Source: Bispira polyomma
Taxonomy: Eukaryota
Length of the DNA stretch: 64,000 bases
Direction of reading: 5' to 3'
Assembly (NCBI GenBank): GCA_965649765.1
Contig: OZ287756.1
Span: 36,208,001-36,272,000, forward strand
Shown here in pieces: positions 48,366-61,399 of the stretch. The position numbers and the translations under genes are program-made. The stretch's first letter is position 1; each line of letters starts with the position of its first letter. The notes beneath the pieces were generated by a model. That model was not told the origin of the DNA, searched no databases, and saw only the letters and a list, made by a program, of their open reading frames with translations.

Positions 48366-51119
48366 CTATTCACAGATTAATTATATTATTAATCACTTAG
48401 TAATACTATAGCAGGGCTATTCCCCTCTCAGTCAGAACAGCCAACACACATATATACTGTCAATGGGCGATATTATGGCATACTGATGATTTCACTCAGT
48501 TTTGCTGGAATTTCCTCCTCCATAAATGGAACATCTGGGGGGTAATTCTTGCAGTGATTATTATGTAGGTTTGTATTTGATGATAACAGGGGTAATATCA
48601 TTAATTTTGTGGTTTCTATTTACCTCAATTTTGCATGCGTCTTTTCCGTCTGCGAAAAAGTTAATAATAATATAAAGAGGTAATGTGTAACCAGCTGTGT
48701 ACACAGGAAATCTTTAATTAATGTATCCAATGTAATCTAACTTTTACAGTGCTTAATTTCTGTACTAGCAGATTCTAAGGCGCATGAGACAGAAAAATCT
48801 TATCGTAATTTTCAACTATTGGATGCACAGGGGTCATGGCTGTAGAGGCGTCTTAAATGGAACGGGAAGTTAAGATAGAAAAGCTTTGTTGGTGATCATA
48901 TAATCCTCTTGTAGTCATTATATTGTCCTAGTTTTAATAGAATGGTATTCGGGTGCTTTTGATAGTCAGTTACTTTTTTCTATGGCTATTTTAAAGATAG
49001 TACAAAAGTTAGTATATTAGATCAAGTTAAAATAAAATAAGTTAGAAGAGAAAATGCTTTCTGCTGTAGTGTACTATAATTAACTAAACATTGGGAAATG
49101 ACTTCTATTGTAATCCAGATACTATGGTGACCTCAACTATAGAAATACATTTAAAACTACATACTCATAGATTTGACAATTGAAATGCTTATTGTTTAGA
49201 AAATCATGGAATACGGTATAAGTGGTATACAGTCTAATTATCTGAGACTGTGGGTTAGTAGGTTAGACTCACCCACTTAGAAACACATAGGGTTCCTATG
49301 ACTGGACCTGGGTTTGATTCTAGCCTGAGGATGACAGATACAGACAAATAAATAAACATAATGTGTGAGGTAACAACCTAAACTGGTCGTCCTCTACCAT
49401 TGGGTTCTACCCCCCCCCCCCCCCCCCCCCCAGTGACAGGCTAAAGAATCCTGGGGAGGTTGACAACATAAGCCTGTGTCTTCAGACCTCTGCAGGTTTA
49501 CTGGGCCTTGTTCAAGATTGGCACAAGTACATCATTAGCAACCAAATCTCGAATAAATGCTGTTAATAGCCTGAAGTTAGTTATATAATCTAACTATCAT
49601 CTGTAGTTGGTTGCTAGCCAATTAAAGGGGTTGTTTTCATCACATTAAAACTGGTCGGAGCTTCTAATATTTTCAAATCATAGTTTTGTATATTAAGTAA
49701 TAATGTGTTGCTGTCAGTGGAAAACATAAGCCTCAACAAAGGTTACGTCCATCACCAAACAGGAAATGGGTGTTTATACATTGCAAAATTTAAAAATAAC
49801 TCAAAACTGTATATATGCCCCTCTGCTAATATTGCTAATATGTTCAACATCTGATTCATATTTTTGCTTATATTGCTAATATATCTAACGATAACCAAGA
49901 TAAACAATAGAATCAAGATACCAATAGTAAAAAGTTCAATCATTTTTTTGGTGCCCATTTGTCATTGTGCAGAAACTCTATACAATTCCCCTCACGTCAT
50001 CGACTGTGATCTAATAGGCAGATCCTTGTGGCTTGTGGTAATAAGACACATGTCTAGTAAAGTTTCACCACCAGTCAAGTTCTAATTACACTTGTAAATG
50101 TAATATAAAGACCTGTACAGACGGGTGACTCCAGAGAGAGACATGGGAGCTTCTCCAGGCAGAGCTCTCTAGTAATTGGCTTGTCACAAACTGATCCCCT
50201 GCTAGTGGCATTGTTCTCTGAACAGCCTTTGTCCACACAATGGGTTTTAGACTAGATCAGACCAAATCTCTCCACGGTTTAATTGAGTATATCATCGAGT
50301 CCAGATTCCCATCTATTTTTGGCCTGGTATCATTACAGTTTTTGTATTTATCTTCTACTCCTCTTAGCTGTGAAGGTTGTCCAAACTTTAAGTTTCTACC
50401 ATCATAACAAACATTTCACTGAATTACTTATCTTGATACATACGTCAATAACAAAATAGAATCTCAGTATAAATGTACCTTAGAATCCACTTTAAAGGAG
50501 ATTAAGTACTATAAAAGTTTGATTAGACTAGGGTTTAAACCTCCACCATGGCGTCACAAATCTGAAAGATCTGTGTTTTAGCTACATAGTACTAGACCTG
50601 TGAAAGTTACAGTATATCAAAAAGTAAATAATATTTTTTTTGTCAAAACACCAATATCCTAGTAGAATCTACATGAGTAGTTGGCGAGGTAGAATCCTAT
50701 AATATAAATATTCAACAGGTTTTGGTAACCGTTTCAATTATTTGTTGTTAGACATGTTTTTAGATACGTTCCATACGATTCCCTTACGTATTTCATTCCG
50801 TTTAAATTTTATTACCCACATTTTGAATACTGGTAGGTTGCATTCGCTTCATTATATCCATTCAAGACACGTCATATATTTTGTCGAATGCACCAATCGT
50901 TTTAGCGGAGATTGTCGAAAATGGCTCCAAACGTTCATTTTGAATTGATAGATTTTCTTCTCTTCACTTCTCTTATGTTTTACTTACACAAGTATACGTT
51001 TATATACATTCAATGAGCAAAATTCCTATTAGATTCGTTTTTATTGCGTTTTACCTTCAGTTTGTGAAGTTTTGGGCGTAATCAAAAGGTAAGCCCAGTG
51101 TGACGATGGCTTAAGTACT

Positions 51120-51265
51120 CAGTTCTTACTTTGCTGAATTCGAATCTGCACCCAAATTAACTGATCCCCTGCGCTAGCCCTACATCAGTTTGGTCAAGAT
51201 TGGTTCAGTATTTGTGCTACCAAACAAATAAACTAGACAGAAACATAACCTTCTTAGCAGGGAGA
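51120..51265 (-). mobile_element. HINE-like element fragment
   Basis: gaatctgcacccaaattaactgatcc..cagtttggtcaagattggttcagta..aaacaaataaac..aaacataaccttcttagcag is the reverse complement of the family at 781. Confidence 0.55.
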
Positions 51266-54200
51266 ACACTAAACTTCACTTGTACGATATTGCAAGGACA
51301 TGTATTTGTAGATATGGTTTGGTTGGTGTCTGGTGTTGTAATTTGGCATAGGGTGACATGAATGTGTACACATATTTAACAGTTATTAAACCTGAGAGTC
51401 TCCATATTGACTCCGAATCCTTACTTGATTTTTAATGAATAAAAATGAAATTTTCTTAAAAAATATCTAGTAATGCTAAATATAGCTTTTTGTGTCCGTC
51501 GGGCACAATTTATATACTACTCACTACATAAGATTCAAGTCTAATCACATATGTGTAAAAACGATATTTAGGTTAAAATATTTAGTATAGTGTAGTATAG
51601 ATGTTACATGATGATACAATATTTTTGATATTGGTCAGTTGGCTAGATTCCAGAACACTCTCTCCAAATAGCTCTATAACTTCTAATTATGGGTTCTCAC
51701 TGACTTTAATTCGGGGTTATTTGTGGCGTTTCTCATAAAGGGACGCACGCGCTCGATTTGCATGATTTCCAAATTATGGTAATTTCCTGCTTGTGTAACA
51801 TACGAGGAAACAATAGTTTAGCTGCTTGCTCGGTGAAAACAAAGTGGGTGAGGTGGATTTCATGTGGAAATAGTCGAGTTTGACATCTTAATAATACCGG
51901 GAAAGCCGTGCATTGTCTGCCTCAGAAGATGGATGGGTCCTAGGACAGTAACGCCGAAATGTAGGCGAGTGTCCAGCACTCGGAAATGGGGCGGGTCTTC
52001 AGTGGCGAAAGACAAATGTGTTTGTATGCAGGATGGTCATGGGGCTTGTCACGTGATACAGGCGATATACTTCTCCTTCTGCCCCATATTTCATGTGTGG
52101 GACAATTACTAATTAAGAAAAGATGACACTTGTCCTGTCAGGCAATGCACAATGAGATAGAAGACTGTATAAGCCAAGCTGCCTCTGGGTAAAGTGCTGG
52201 CAGCATGTGTTCTCATCTGGTGCATATTTAATATACACAGTTATGCAAGAAAAAACACTGCATGGATCGGTCCATCGTCAACCAAGTACATTAGTAGCAC
52301 TTTTTAATATCAGTTTATAATTATTTTACATTGTCAGTTGTTTTCTCAGCATTTTTAGTAAGCAGCATGAACATGTATTTGGAAGATCAGAATACTGATG
52401 TAAGTAGGTCCACAGAATTCTATATATTATGATTTTGGGAACAATATGCTCGATTTTTAACAGATTCTGATAACATTTCATCACACATGTCGATGGAAAA
52501 TGGTAACCTACTAGAAATAACAAGGATACCTTCCTTTTTGCCATGATCTTTCTACAAATCTTGACATTTGATCAGAGATATTTTTGCAAGTCATGTGACA
52601 TCTGCAAAGCCCAAGGGCTTTGTCTGACACAAACCCAATCACAGGTAATTTCGGTAGTCTAGGAAATGTGATTTACAACAGCAAAAAAAACAAAACAACA
52701 AAAAAAAAAAACAACAGCTACACAGAGTGAAAAAATTAACATGCAAGTGAGAGGCAGAGAGGGCTGTCTTCATTAGAAGGCAGAAAACCCTCGCCACAGA
52801 AAGCTTTGATATATTCCTTAACACTGAATTAGATTTGCTCACTGCTTTTGTGTTCTGTCACCTCGAAACTCAAACTCCTAACCTTTGTACTTGTCTCCTA
52901 TAAACGTGTACAGTTTTTAAATGTAACATTCAGAAAGAACTATCAACTTTGTTGTACTAATTGGTTTGAAAGACTCTATATCCTCTGTGAAAAAAAATTA
53001 TTGCTAAACTTGAATTAATTTATTTTAATTGGTTTCATCTATACTGTTCGTTACAGCATCACTTATTAGACATAAGACAGACACATAATATTTGACATTG
53101 CTACTGGATCAGAACATTTTGCAAGCATTTGAGGTGGTGTTTTTTTAGCAATTTGGGTGACAGAAGAGTCGCATGCCTTAAATACTGTAGCAGGTTGAGG
53201 CTATTTCCTTGAGGGATTAAGGCGGGGATCTGTAGAAATGACACAAGATGTGACAGTGTCTCCACTCCTTATTGCGAGGCCTTCTGTGACAAATCTAGCC
53301 TGACAAAGGCGCAGATTGAAAAGGGTTATTATAATAATCATTTATCATGCGTGATAACTTCGATCTTTAAGCAGAATTTAGTTTGACTGTATACTATGAA
53401 CTATATATTGACTATATAATGAAATATATATTGACTATATAATGATTAAAGCTGATTAGTTTAGTTCAATAAACTCTTGCTTAAAACTCTTTAAACATAT
53501 ATCTTTAAGGTTGACTATGTGCTAATCTTTGTGCGTGAAAGTTAACTTAACTGGTGACCATTATTTTAAATATATTAGTGCTTGCAAATTCCACGCTGAA
53601 TTCATTTTTTTCAGATATTTTTTATAAATATTTATTGTCAGCTGGAATATGAACACATTAGAATTGATTTGAGTGTAATTTTAAACTTGAGTCTATTTTT
53701 AGAACACGTAGCATTATATTTGTTTTGACACTGTAGTTAGACGTTGCTACAGCTTGGTTGTCTGGATCACATTAATTTAACAGAAACTCAAACACCCATG
53801 AGTACATTTAATGAATACCTCTGTCTGTACTTATGCAGCACTGAGTAGTTATATTAGGGAATAGTACAAATGAATACTTAAAGGCAGGCACTTAAACAAC
53901 TGAGGATGGTCAGACTATACTTTGTTAAAACAATTACACTATGCAAGGTTTAGCCTTAGAAAGACTAATTCTGTGGTAACGTCGTTTACTTTAACCCCCA
54001 CTGCTGGAATCTTTCTCATTATCAAGGCCTTTCTTTTTTCAGCTTTTACATTTTTTTTGTCTCCAGCAATGTTTTTTTATGATGCACCATATGGGGCGCT
54101 TTTTCTGTTCAATTCCGACACTATGAAATTGCACAATTTTCTAGAAGAAGAAACTGCTTGAAAGGATGCTTTAATTTGCATAAGGTCTGCATGGCTGGGT

Positions 54201-55406
54201 CTAGAGGGGGTTGGGGTGGGGGTGGTAGCTTTGATTTAACCAATAACCTGCCCCTGTCTCAGGCATGTGTGTCTTATAAGGTTATGTGTTTAGGAGTTCA
54301 CCAGTGTCCTTTAAAAGTCTAAATTCACTAAATACCAGACAAATATTGAAGTATCTAAAGATAAGGTCCTCAAACAGTTAAATATTGCACAACTGTATAT
54401 ATTAAGGATTAGTTTTTTATCAGTATATTTCCCAAATTTATTGTGTAATTTTGTTTTCAATAACATAATTTGCCACTGCAGTATTTTGCTGCTTTCTAGA
54501 GAAAGTGACTATACAATTTAGTATTGGCTTTAATACAGGTTACAGCAGAGAATGGCAGACCTAATTCCCAGGTCACACCTACATGTACAATCACCTCTAC
54601 GGTTGAACCTTGCATTCGAAATAGTGGCCAAGACATGATAATTTTTGGTTGAAATGTTGAATATGATGTCAAATTCCTGTAACGCAAGGACATTAAAACA
54701 TATTGGCCGGTTCATAGAACTAATAAAACTCCCAAGACAAGAAACAAACATTTTCTGGTTCAACTTTTGAGCTCAGAACAGCGCCATGGCTTTACAAAAC
54801 ACTGTGACTGTAATCGGAAAGAGACATCTCAAAACATTGCTCATGATCTTACAATGGTTCCCTGTCATGACCGAATGCAGGTTCTTCATTCATAAACATT
54901 GCATAATAATTTCACGAACATTACTAATCATTAGCAGTTAGGACAGTACTTCCTTTTTTCGTTGATGCAAACCCATAGAAACATGTCCGGAGTTGAACCG
55001 GTTGTTTATGAGTTGAGAAATACAGACTATTTGCTACAAGGGTAATATAAGATATAAACAAAGTGGCAAACCGGAATGGTGTGTGATCTGGCCATAAGGG
55101 AGGGGTTGTCCATACCAAAACCAAAAGTGGCAACTATGGTACATCCCCTGCCTCACATCTAAGTAGGTAAGTTTAATACACTGTCCATTTGTTTGACAAT
55201 TACAAAAGGAAAACTGACATAGCATGATTAGGTTTGTTAACAACTTTGAGTCACATCCAGCCTTATTTTACGATATGGATTACAATGGGATGCTGTTTCA
55301 CCTCATAACTTTCACCTCATAACAAGTTTTAACAAATCATAATATTCAGAAAGGAACAATAATAATGTTTAATTGATTATTCTTTGGTTGCCCTTATTTT
55401 GTCTGT

Positions 55407-55998
55407 AAATGAAATGAAATTAAATAGGACATTTTGTTATAGCGCACTTATACAACACCGGGCTGTTTCAAATGCGCTTCCACTGTGGGCGCTGAGGCTT
55501 GCTTGAGGATGACCATTAGCAACACCCCATAAGATCTTTAATCTGTCACTGGAGATATTGCTCAGTGACAGAGGACCGCCATTTAAAGTGGTCATCCGAG
55601 CTACTAGGTAACTTGTGTTTACATCTTGCCCAAGGATGTTATCCCACCAAATAAAACTAGCGGCCAGTACCGGGAATAGAACTGGGGATCATTGTCGGGC
55701 ATCCTTTTTCTTTTATGGTTTTGTAAGTTTGCTATGTCAAATAGAAATTTGTAAAGCTCTTTTGTAATGTAAAAATTAGTAAAATCTTTATTTCAATGTA
55801 GTATGGTACAGACTGACAAAAAGTGTATTTTTTACAGGAACAACAAAAAAGTGTCTTTTGTTTGTAATCATATATTATTGTATTGTACAATGTCTTACTG
55901 TTTTGTGTTACTGTCTTTGTACTGTTATTTGTCTTAAATGTGTAAACCAAAAAAATGAATAAAAAAAGACCAACACCCTAACCACTAGACCACGGGGG
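55407..55998 (-). mobile_element. tRNA-derived SINE (second family), head interrupted by an insertion
   Basis: Minus strand: A-box gtggtctagtggttagg, B-box agttctattcc, tccttgggcaag, ttaaatggcggtcc..ttaaagatc, then an aagcgc..agtgcgctataa..(atttc)n tail of L2-partner type. Confidence 0.75.
55696..55967 (+). mobile_element. Short polyadenylated retro-insertion (probable LINE 3' UTR fragment)
   Basis: T/TG-rich 270-bp segment ending aaaaaaatgaataaaaaaa that splits the SINE A and B boxes; no clear TSD. Confidence 0.5.
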
Positions 55999-58379
55999 AT
56001 CAAGGAACCATTTCTACCAGAAGTTAAACATCTGAACTGATCTAGCCCATTGATTCTATATTACTGTAACAAAAAGACACTGTACAAGGCACACCTAAGT
56101 TACTCAAGATAAAGGTGTTAGTAATGTTCATAGGACAGCTATTGCTGTCATTTAGAACACTGCACTAGAACTATGCTGCAATCCATCATTCTCTTATATT
56201 TTGGTCAAATTAAGTTTCATTTTATCGTTCCTGCTGAATATTAATCATTTCCCAGTGTAGTTCGGCATATTTCCTTCCATCAATGCTGATAATGACAACT
56301 TTTCAGGCAGTTACCCATCATCCCATAGGAAATGTAGTGGCTCAAGATGAAACAGGAATATGATTTCATTAAACATTTCATCTTAAACCAATAACTGCCA
56401 CCCCGTGGCGAACTTTTCACGACCCCTTGATTAAAGGAAATGATTTTTATTGCTTTATTAGCTAATACATCACCTGAATTGCTGTGGAGGATTATAATTT
56501 ACCGCCAAATTACCATAAATAAGATCCCACCCATATTGAAGATGTTCTTTGTGTTCTTAATCCTGTGATTCATTGTGATGGGGGCCCTTTATGGGGTTTT
56601 CGTGCGGCGCCTCAGCAAGGGTACTGACAAATTGGTGGTACAAGTGTGTCACAATGTGTGTGGAGGGTTTGTGATGAATCTCTGAGATGTCTGTGTTTTG
56701 TGACAATACATACACTTAACACAGTGTATATACATTGTATAGAGAGACCCGGGGAGGCCTGTAAATAATCGAGAATCTCCCAGCTTGACCCACTTGACAG
56801 GTTGGTCTTATACCAGTGTGACATCACAACTGTTACATGACTATTCACAACTATTCACAAACTGTATATCAGTGAAAATGTTTGTTGGATGAAAATGTCC
56901 TTAATTTACAATTTAAAATAAGTTCTTTGTAATTTGAAGGGTGTATAAGTGATGGTGAACGACCCAGCCAGATATACTTAGTCTTAGCGGTGTAACATCA
57001 CAAATGTCACATATGTACAGTCTATTTTATTTTAAATACAACACTAGAGACAAATATAGCTTGGAGCAAATTTCACTAATTTACCAGTGAAGTTTACTAG
57101 AATTAATTTTCACTATTGGCTATTTATAGTTAAAACATAAGAAATCCATCCACATTTCCATTGTAAGTGGAAACTAACTTAAACTCTAGAAATGACTAAA
57201 TGAGTAATAAACTAGCCATTTGAGTATTGTTGCACCTTAGAATCCGAGATTAAGCAGCACTTTGGAAATAATAGACTACACATTGATATATTAGTGTTAA
57301 AAGTCTATAGACAATATTTTACCCAGCCAGTCTACTGTGTGACAAAGGTACGTTAAAGTGTTAATGTGTACTACACGGGTACACTATGATTATCGCCTCT
57401 ATCTATCTATACACAGTCATCATGCATTCCTAGAAGACTAAACTAAATTTTTCACGGGTGCATAATCCGTTCCTGGTAGGATGTCTGTCCGTCAGTTATT
57501 GAATATTTTGCATGTAGGTATAAACTAACAGGGTAGATACTAGATACAGTATGATAGAATTTTGACCGGGATAATTTAACACCACTTTTCAAGACTTCCC
57601 GAAAGGCAGTGAGAGTGCATTATGATTTTCTTATATTTTCAACGGAATAACTGAGGGCTAAAAATCATAGGGTAACACTTATATTATATACCAACAAGGG
57701 ACTGTGAGCTAGTTTACTTTGAAAACATATTCTTAGTTCATTGGGGTGTTAAGATTTGTTTCGAAAGTGCATTTTGAGTAGTGTAAAAGGGACAGTTTTC
57801 TGTTCATCCTTTAAATGGTTAAGATACGATGGGGTGCAGGTCAATTGTACTATCCATGTTTCAAGTTAGTTTTCACATAAAATGCTTGACACCTTTTTCA
57901 AACAAAAGTAGTCAGGGATTTGAAAGTTAGATTTCACCTTTTTAGACATTTTGTATCTATATTTATAAGTTGTTTTGTAAGCTTTTATGGCATCATATGA
58001 ATTAAAATTGTATGTTTAAAACTCCACCATGACATTTGGTCATTTACTTACAAATGCTCGAGAATACCATATGTCTGTGTACTCCAGACCGAGTTTTCTG
58101 CCCTCAAAAATGCTTTAATTTACTGATGGTTCGCATGACAAGGGACAGTGTTCTTTACTTCAGAAAATTGTTGTTGTATATTATTGTGATTTGTATTGTC
58201 AAATATTTCAGGTTTTACTTATAGACCCCCCCCCCCCCCCCCCGCTTGTGTGCTGTAAGAGTACATTGATGTTGCCCAATCTTACCAGATTTTTATTGAT
58301 GTGTCTCTGGTGAAATATCAAGTTATATGAATACTCAATGCATTCCTAATGTACACAGGTATAAAAGCCGGCGTCCTAC

Positions 58380-58770
58380 ATAGTCGACTGAGAAAAAAAC
58401 AACAAGGGGTTTCAATCGTCATTGTTGAGACAGTATAAAGACACCAAGGAGACACAAGATGGGACAGCTATGAGACCACCTTGATTCAGTATTGAGACAA
58501 GGATAGGGCAGCAGTACGTCAAATGGAAAACACTGATAAGACAATAATGTGAGTTTTGTACGACATTGTCACAACCAAATTTAAATGGGCCAAAGTAAGG
58601 CAACAGTAAGCTACAAGCAGGGGACATGAAAGAGGTTTGTCGTACTGTTGTCCTATCCTGGTCTTAATGTGGTCTCATCGCTATCCCATCTGTGTCTCCT
58701 GTGTGTTTTCATACTGTGTCAATGATGGTGTGGGAAGAACCCTGTTGTCTTTATTTTCTGGTCGACTGCA
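58380..58770. mobile_element. Fold-back (long inverted repeat) non-autonomous element
   Basis: agtcgactgagaaaaaaacaacaagggg / ccctgttgtctttattttctggtcgact; gagacacaagatgggacagctatgagaccac / gtggtctcatcgctatcccatctgtgtctc; aggatagggcagcagtacg / cgtactgttgtcctatcct. Confidence 0.7.
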
Positions 58771-61399
58771 CACTATCACTGGAGACAATCATTAACAAGT
58801 TGTCGTTTGGTGAATTGTTTCTGATTAATGACTGTATTTCTGCCATTACACATTGCACAATTACTTACATACACATTATAATCACACATTCTATCAATGT
58901 ACCATATATGACCAAGTTTGTTCTTAAGATAAAACTGACTCAATGTATACTCATATTCTGTCAGATTATTCTTTTAGATATTAATTGTGATATGCACCAC
59001 ATAGGATGTCTGGACATCGATTGTGGTGCTGTAGAGTTAACATTAATATTTAACATATTGTAGAAAAAGCTTTATTTAAATATATATATTTGAAAATACA
59101 AACTACTATTATTTCATAATGAGGTTTCAATAAAGATTACTTAAACACTTGGAGTAAGTATACTTGTTTAGCTATTAACTTTTTACTCTCAGACCATTTT
59201 TACACATTACAGGTCACATGCCCTTTGAGGTTTGAGCGATGACCTTGCTCTAAAGAATTTTTGCTACAAATATGATGAAGTAGTCTATATGTGCAATATC
59301 CTGGTCTGTCCCGTTTTTAACCTTTTATCTTGATCTCATTTTTACTTAAAAATCACGTGTAATATGTCCATATTTGTTACAACATTTGTTGTGGGTAGAT
59401 GTATAATGTCCCTTTGTGATCATTTTGTCCATCGACCTCAGAGTAACCATCTTTACCAACAAAATCTTTCTTTTTTTTTCTGTCACATTAATGATTCTCA
59501 GGTTTTCTCAAGTTTTTTTTGTTACACATGTACTATATTTATTAGAAGATTTGAATGCTTTTGGATAGATCCCATTCATTTATTTATTGTAATTATATTA
59601 ACCTGTACCCTTTGACATCTCTGATGTTATTTTAAGTTATTGCAATAATAACTAGCTATGGTGATAATTGTACCTCATGGTTTTTCATAAAATGTCAGGG
59701 CTAGACTTGGTCTCACCATAATGATATATCATATTTTTCTATGTATTTACCAAATGTGGACATCGTGATATTTGAGAAACAATACCCCAGTTATCCAAAT
59801 TGTATTTTTCTACAGGAGAGGACAACTTCATGCGATGAGAACAGCATTTCAAGTAATTGAAGATCCAATGTATAATGGTGTGCATATAATGAATAGCATG
59901 ACCTCAGAGTTATGACCTTGGAGTTTGACTTTGTTCTTAGCCTGGTCTAGGTCATATCTGGAGAACCAGTTACCAGACCAGGTTTATATTTAGTGTACAT
60001 AAGGTCATAAACTAGTGTAGTTTGACTAATAACATAAGTGACCTTAAAGGGCTATGGTTGTGTAAGATAATGGGCTAACTTCAGTTTGACTAGGACATAA
60101 CATATACATTTGATACAGCGCAACTTATATACAGTGATAACATTTCAAATACGCTGGACATAAAAGTAAGTTTGTATGTGTAGGCATAGTTATGTGACAT
60201 CAGAGTCTGACATCAAAGTTATGAACTTGATATCAAAAGTCTTGTCTGACCTTAAGGCTGTGGTGGCCTAGTGGTAAGCAGTGTTTACATACAATTGCTT
60301 GGCTTTTAACTGAAGATAATAAATCAAACTGCTATCTTTATTTCGAAAAGTATATTAAGTACTAGTATTGGCCATAGGCTATAAGGCTCTGGTCTACCGG
60401 TTTAAAGGTGAAAGGTGGTGGTGACATTGTTGTCGGGGTATAAATGTATCCTTTATCAAAATTCCAAATTTGTATTATGTCTTCTACACTATTATACCAA
60501 CACATATTTTGTTCCTAAAAGGTGAAAACTAGGTATCTTAATAAAGATCGTAATAAAAAAAAGTTATAATAGCATAATTTAACTATTCTAACATATTTAA
60601 CTGGTATTCTTGGGGTTAATAGAAACTTAATAATACACTGTGTGTTGGAACTACTTCGTATAGATTTCTAGAATCCCAAGCTCTACATGTGAGGGTTCAC
60701 CTTGTCTGCAAAATATGGCAGACATGATTAAATCAAATTCGTATTGATATCTTATACCAACAAATAATTAAACAATGAAAGGTGTTAATTTTAACAATAA
60801 TTAGGGGTTAAAAGAATGAAATTTTAAGTAATCTAATATATTAAGTTGTAGTGTACTGACAATAATGTTGTGTTGCATAAAAATCACAAACTGTAAACAT
60901 AGACACAAAAAGGACCCCTATTATATACATGGGTACATGTATATTGTGTGGAAACCTCTAGTTTACAAATTTCATATAAATTTATAGGTTCTAGTTTATG
61001 GGAACACATAACAGTTGCCCTTCCTCCTACTTAAAGAGATATACTGGTAATGATCTTTAGAAACACTGTCGTGGTAAAATTTGGACACCACTTGTATATA
61101 TTTATGGCATGTGGTCCTTAAAATTAAAAAAAACCCATGCTTGACATACAGTTATAGATGTCAGTCATATTTTATGTACACTGTTTCCCCCCTTTAAAAA
61201 TAACCATGATCTCTTCTAAGAATATGCCAATGAATCCCAGACAACAAAAATAATATACAGTAAAACACTGCCACGGAGGAAATGTTCACCAGGAATTCAT
61301 GTTAACTAATATATCACATCAATGTTATAATGTTTACTTCTGTGGCCACACAATTGATGACCGGGCATCCTCTGTGGTGCACATCCTAATCAGTATTCA

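Larger units (their letters stand above)
36882..48647 (-). mobile_element. Full-length L1/Tx1-clade non-LTR retrotransposon (~11.8 kb) with ORF1-NADAR fusion
   Basis: TSD gtctgtgaaaaagtt (36867-36881) / gtctgcgaaaaagtt (48648-48662), with one CpG/TpG mismatch. C-interrupted poly(A) tail at 36882-36911. The 5' end reads GGAAAAG. ORF1 and EN-RT ORF2 are co-oriented between the TSDs. Confidence 0.88.

Noticed and set aside
51700-52100. CpG-richer patch with octamer ATTTGCAT and a GC box as a possible promoter
   Set aside because: Isolated short motifs with no identifiable downstream exon or snRNA; insufficient support.
54496-55243. Cluster of short ORFs with a CxCxC motif, possibly SWIM-like or an exon
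   Set aside because: No complete CxCx(n)CxH motif, stops in all frames and no convincing splice sites.
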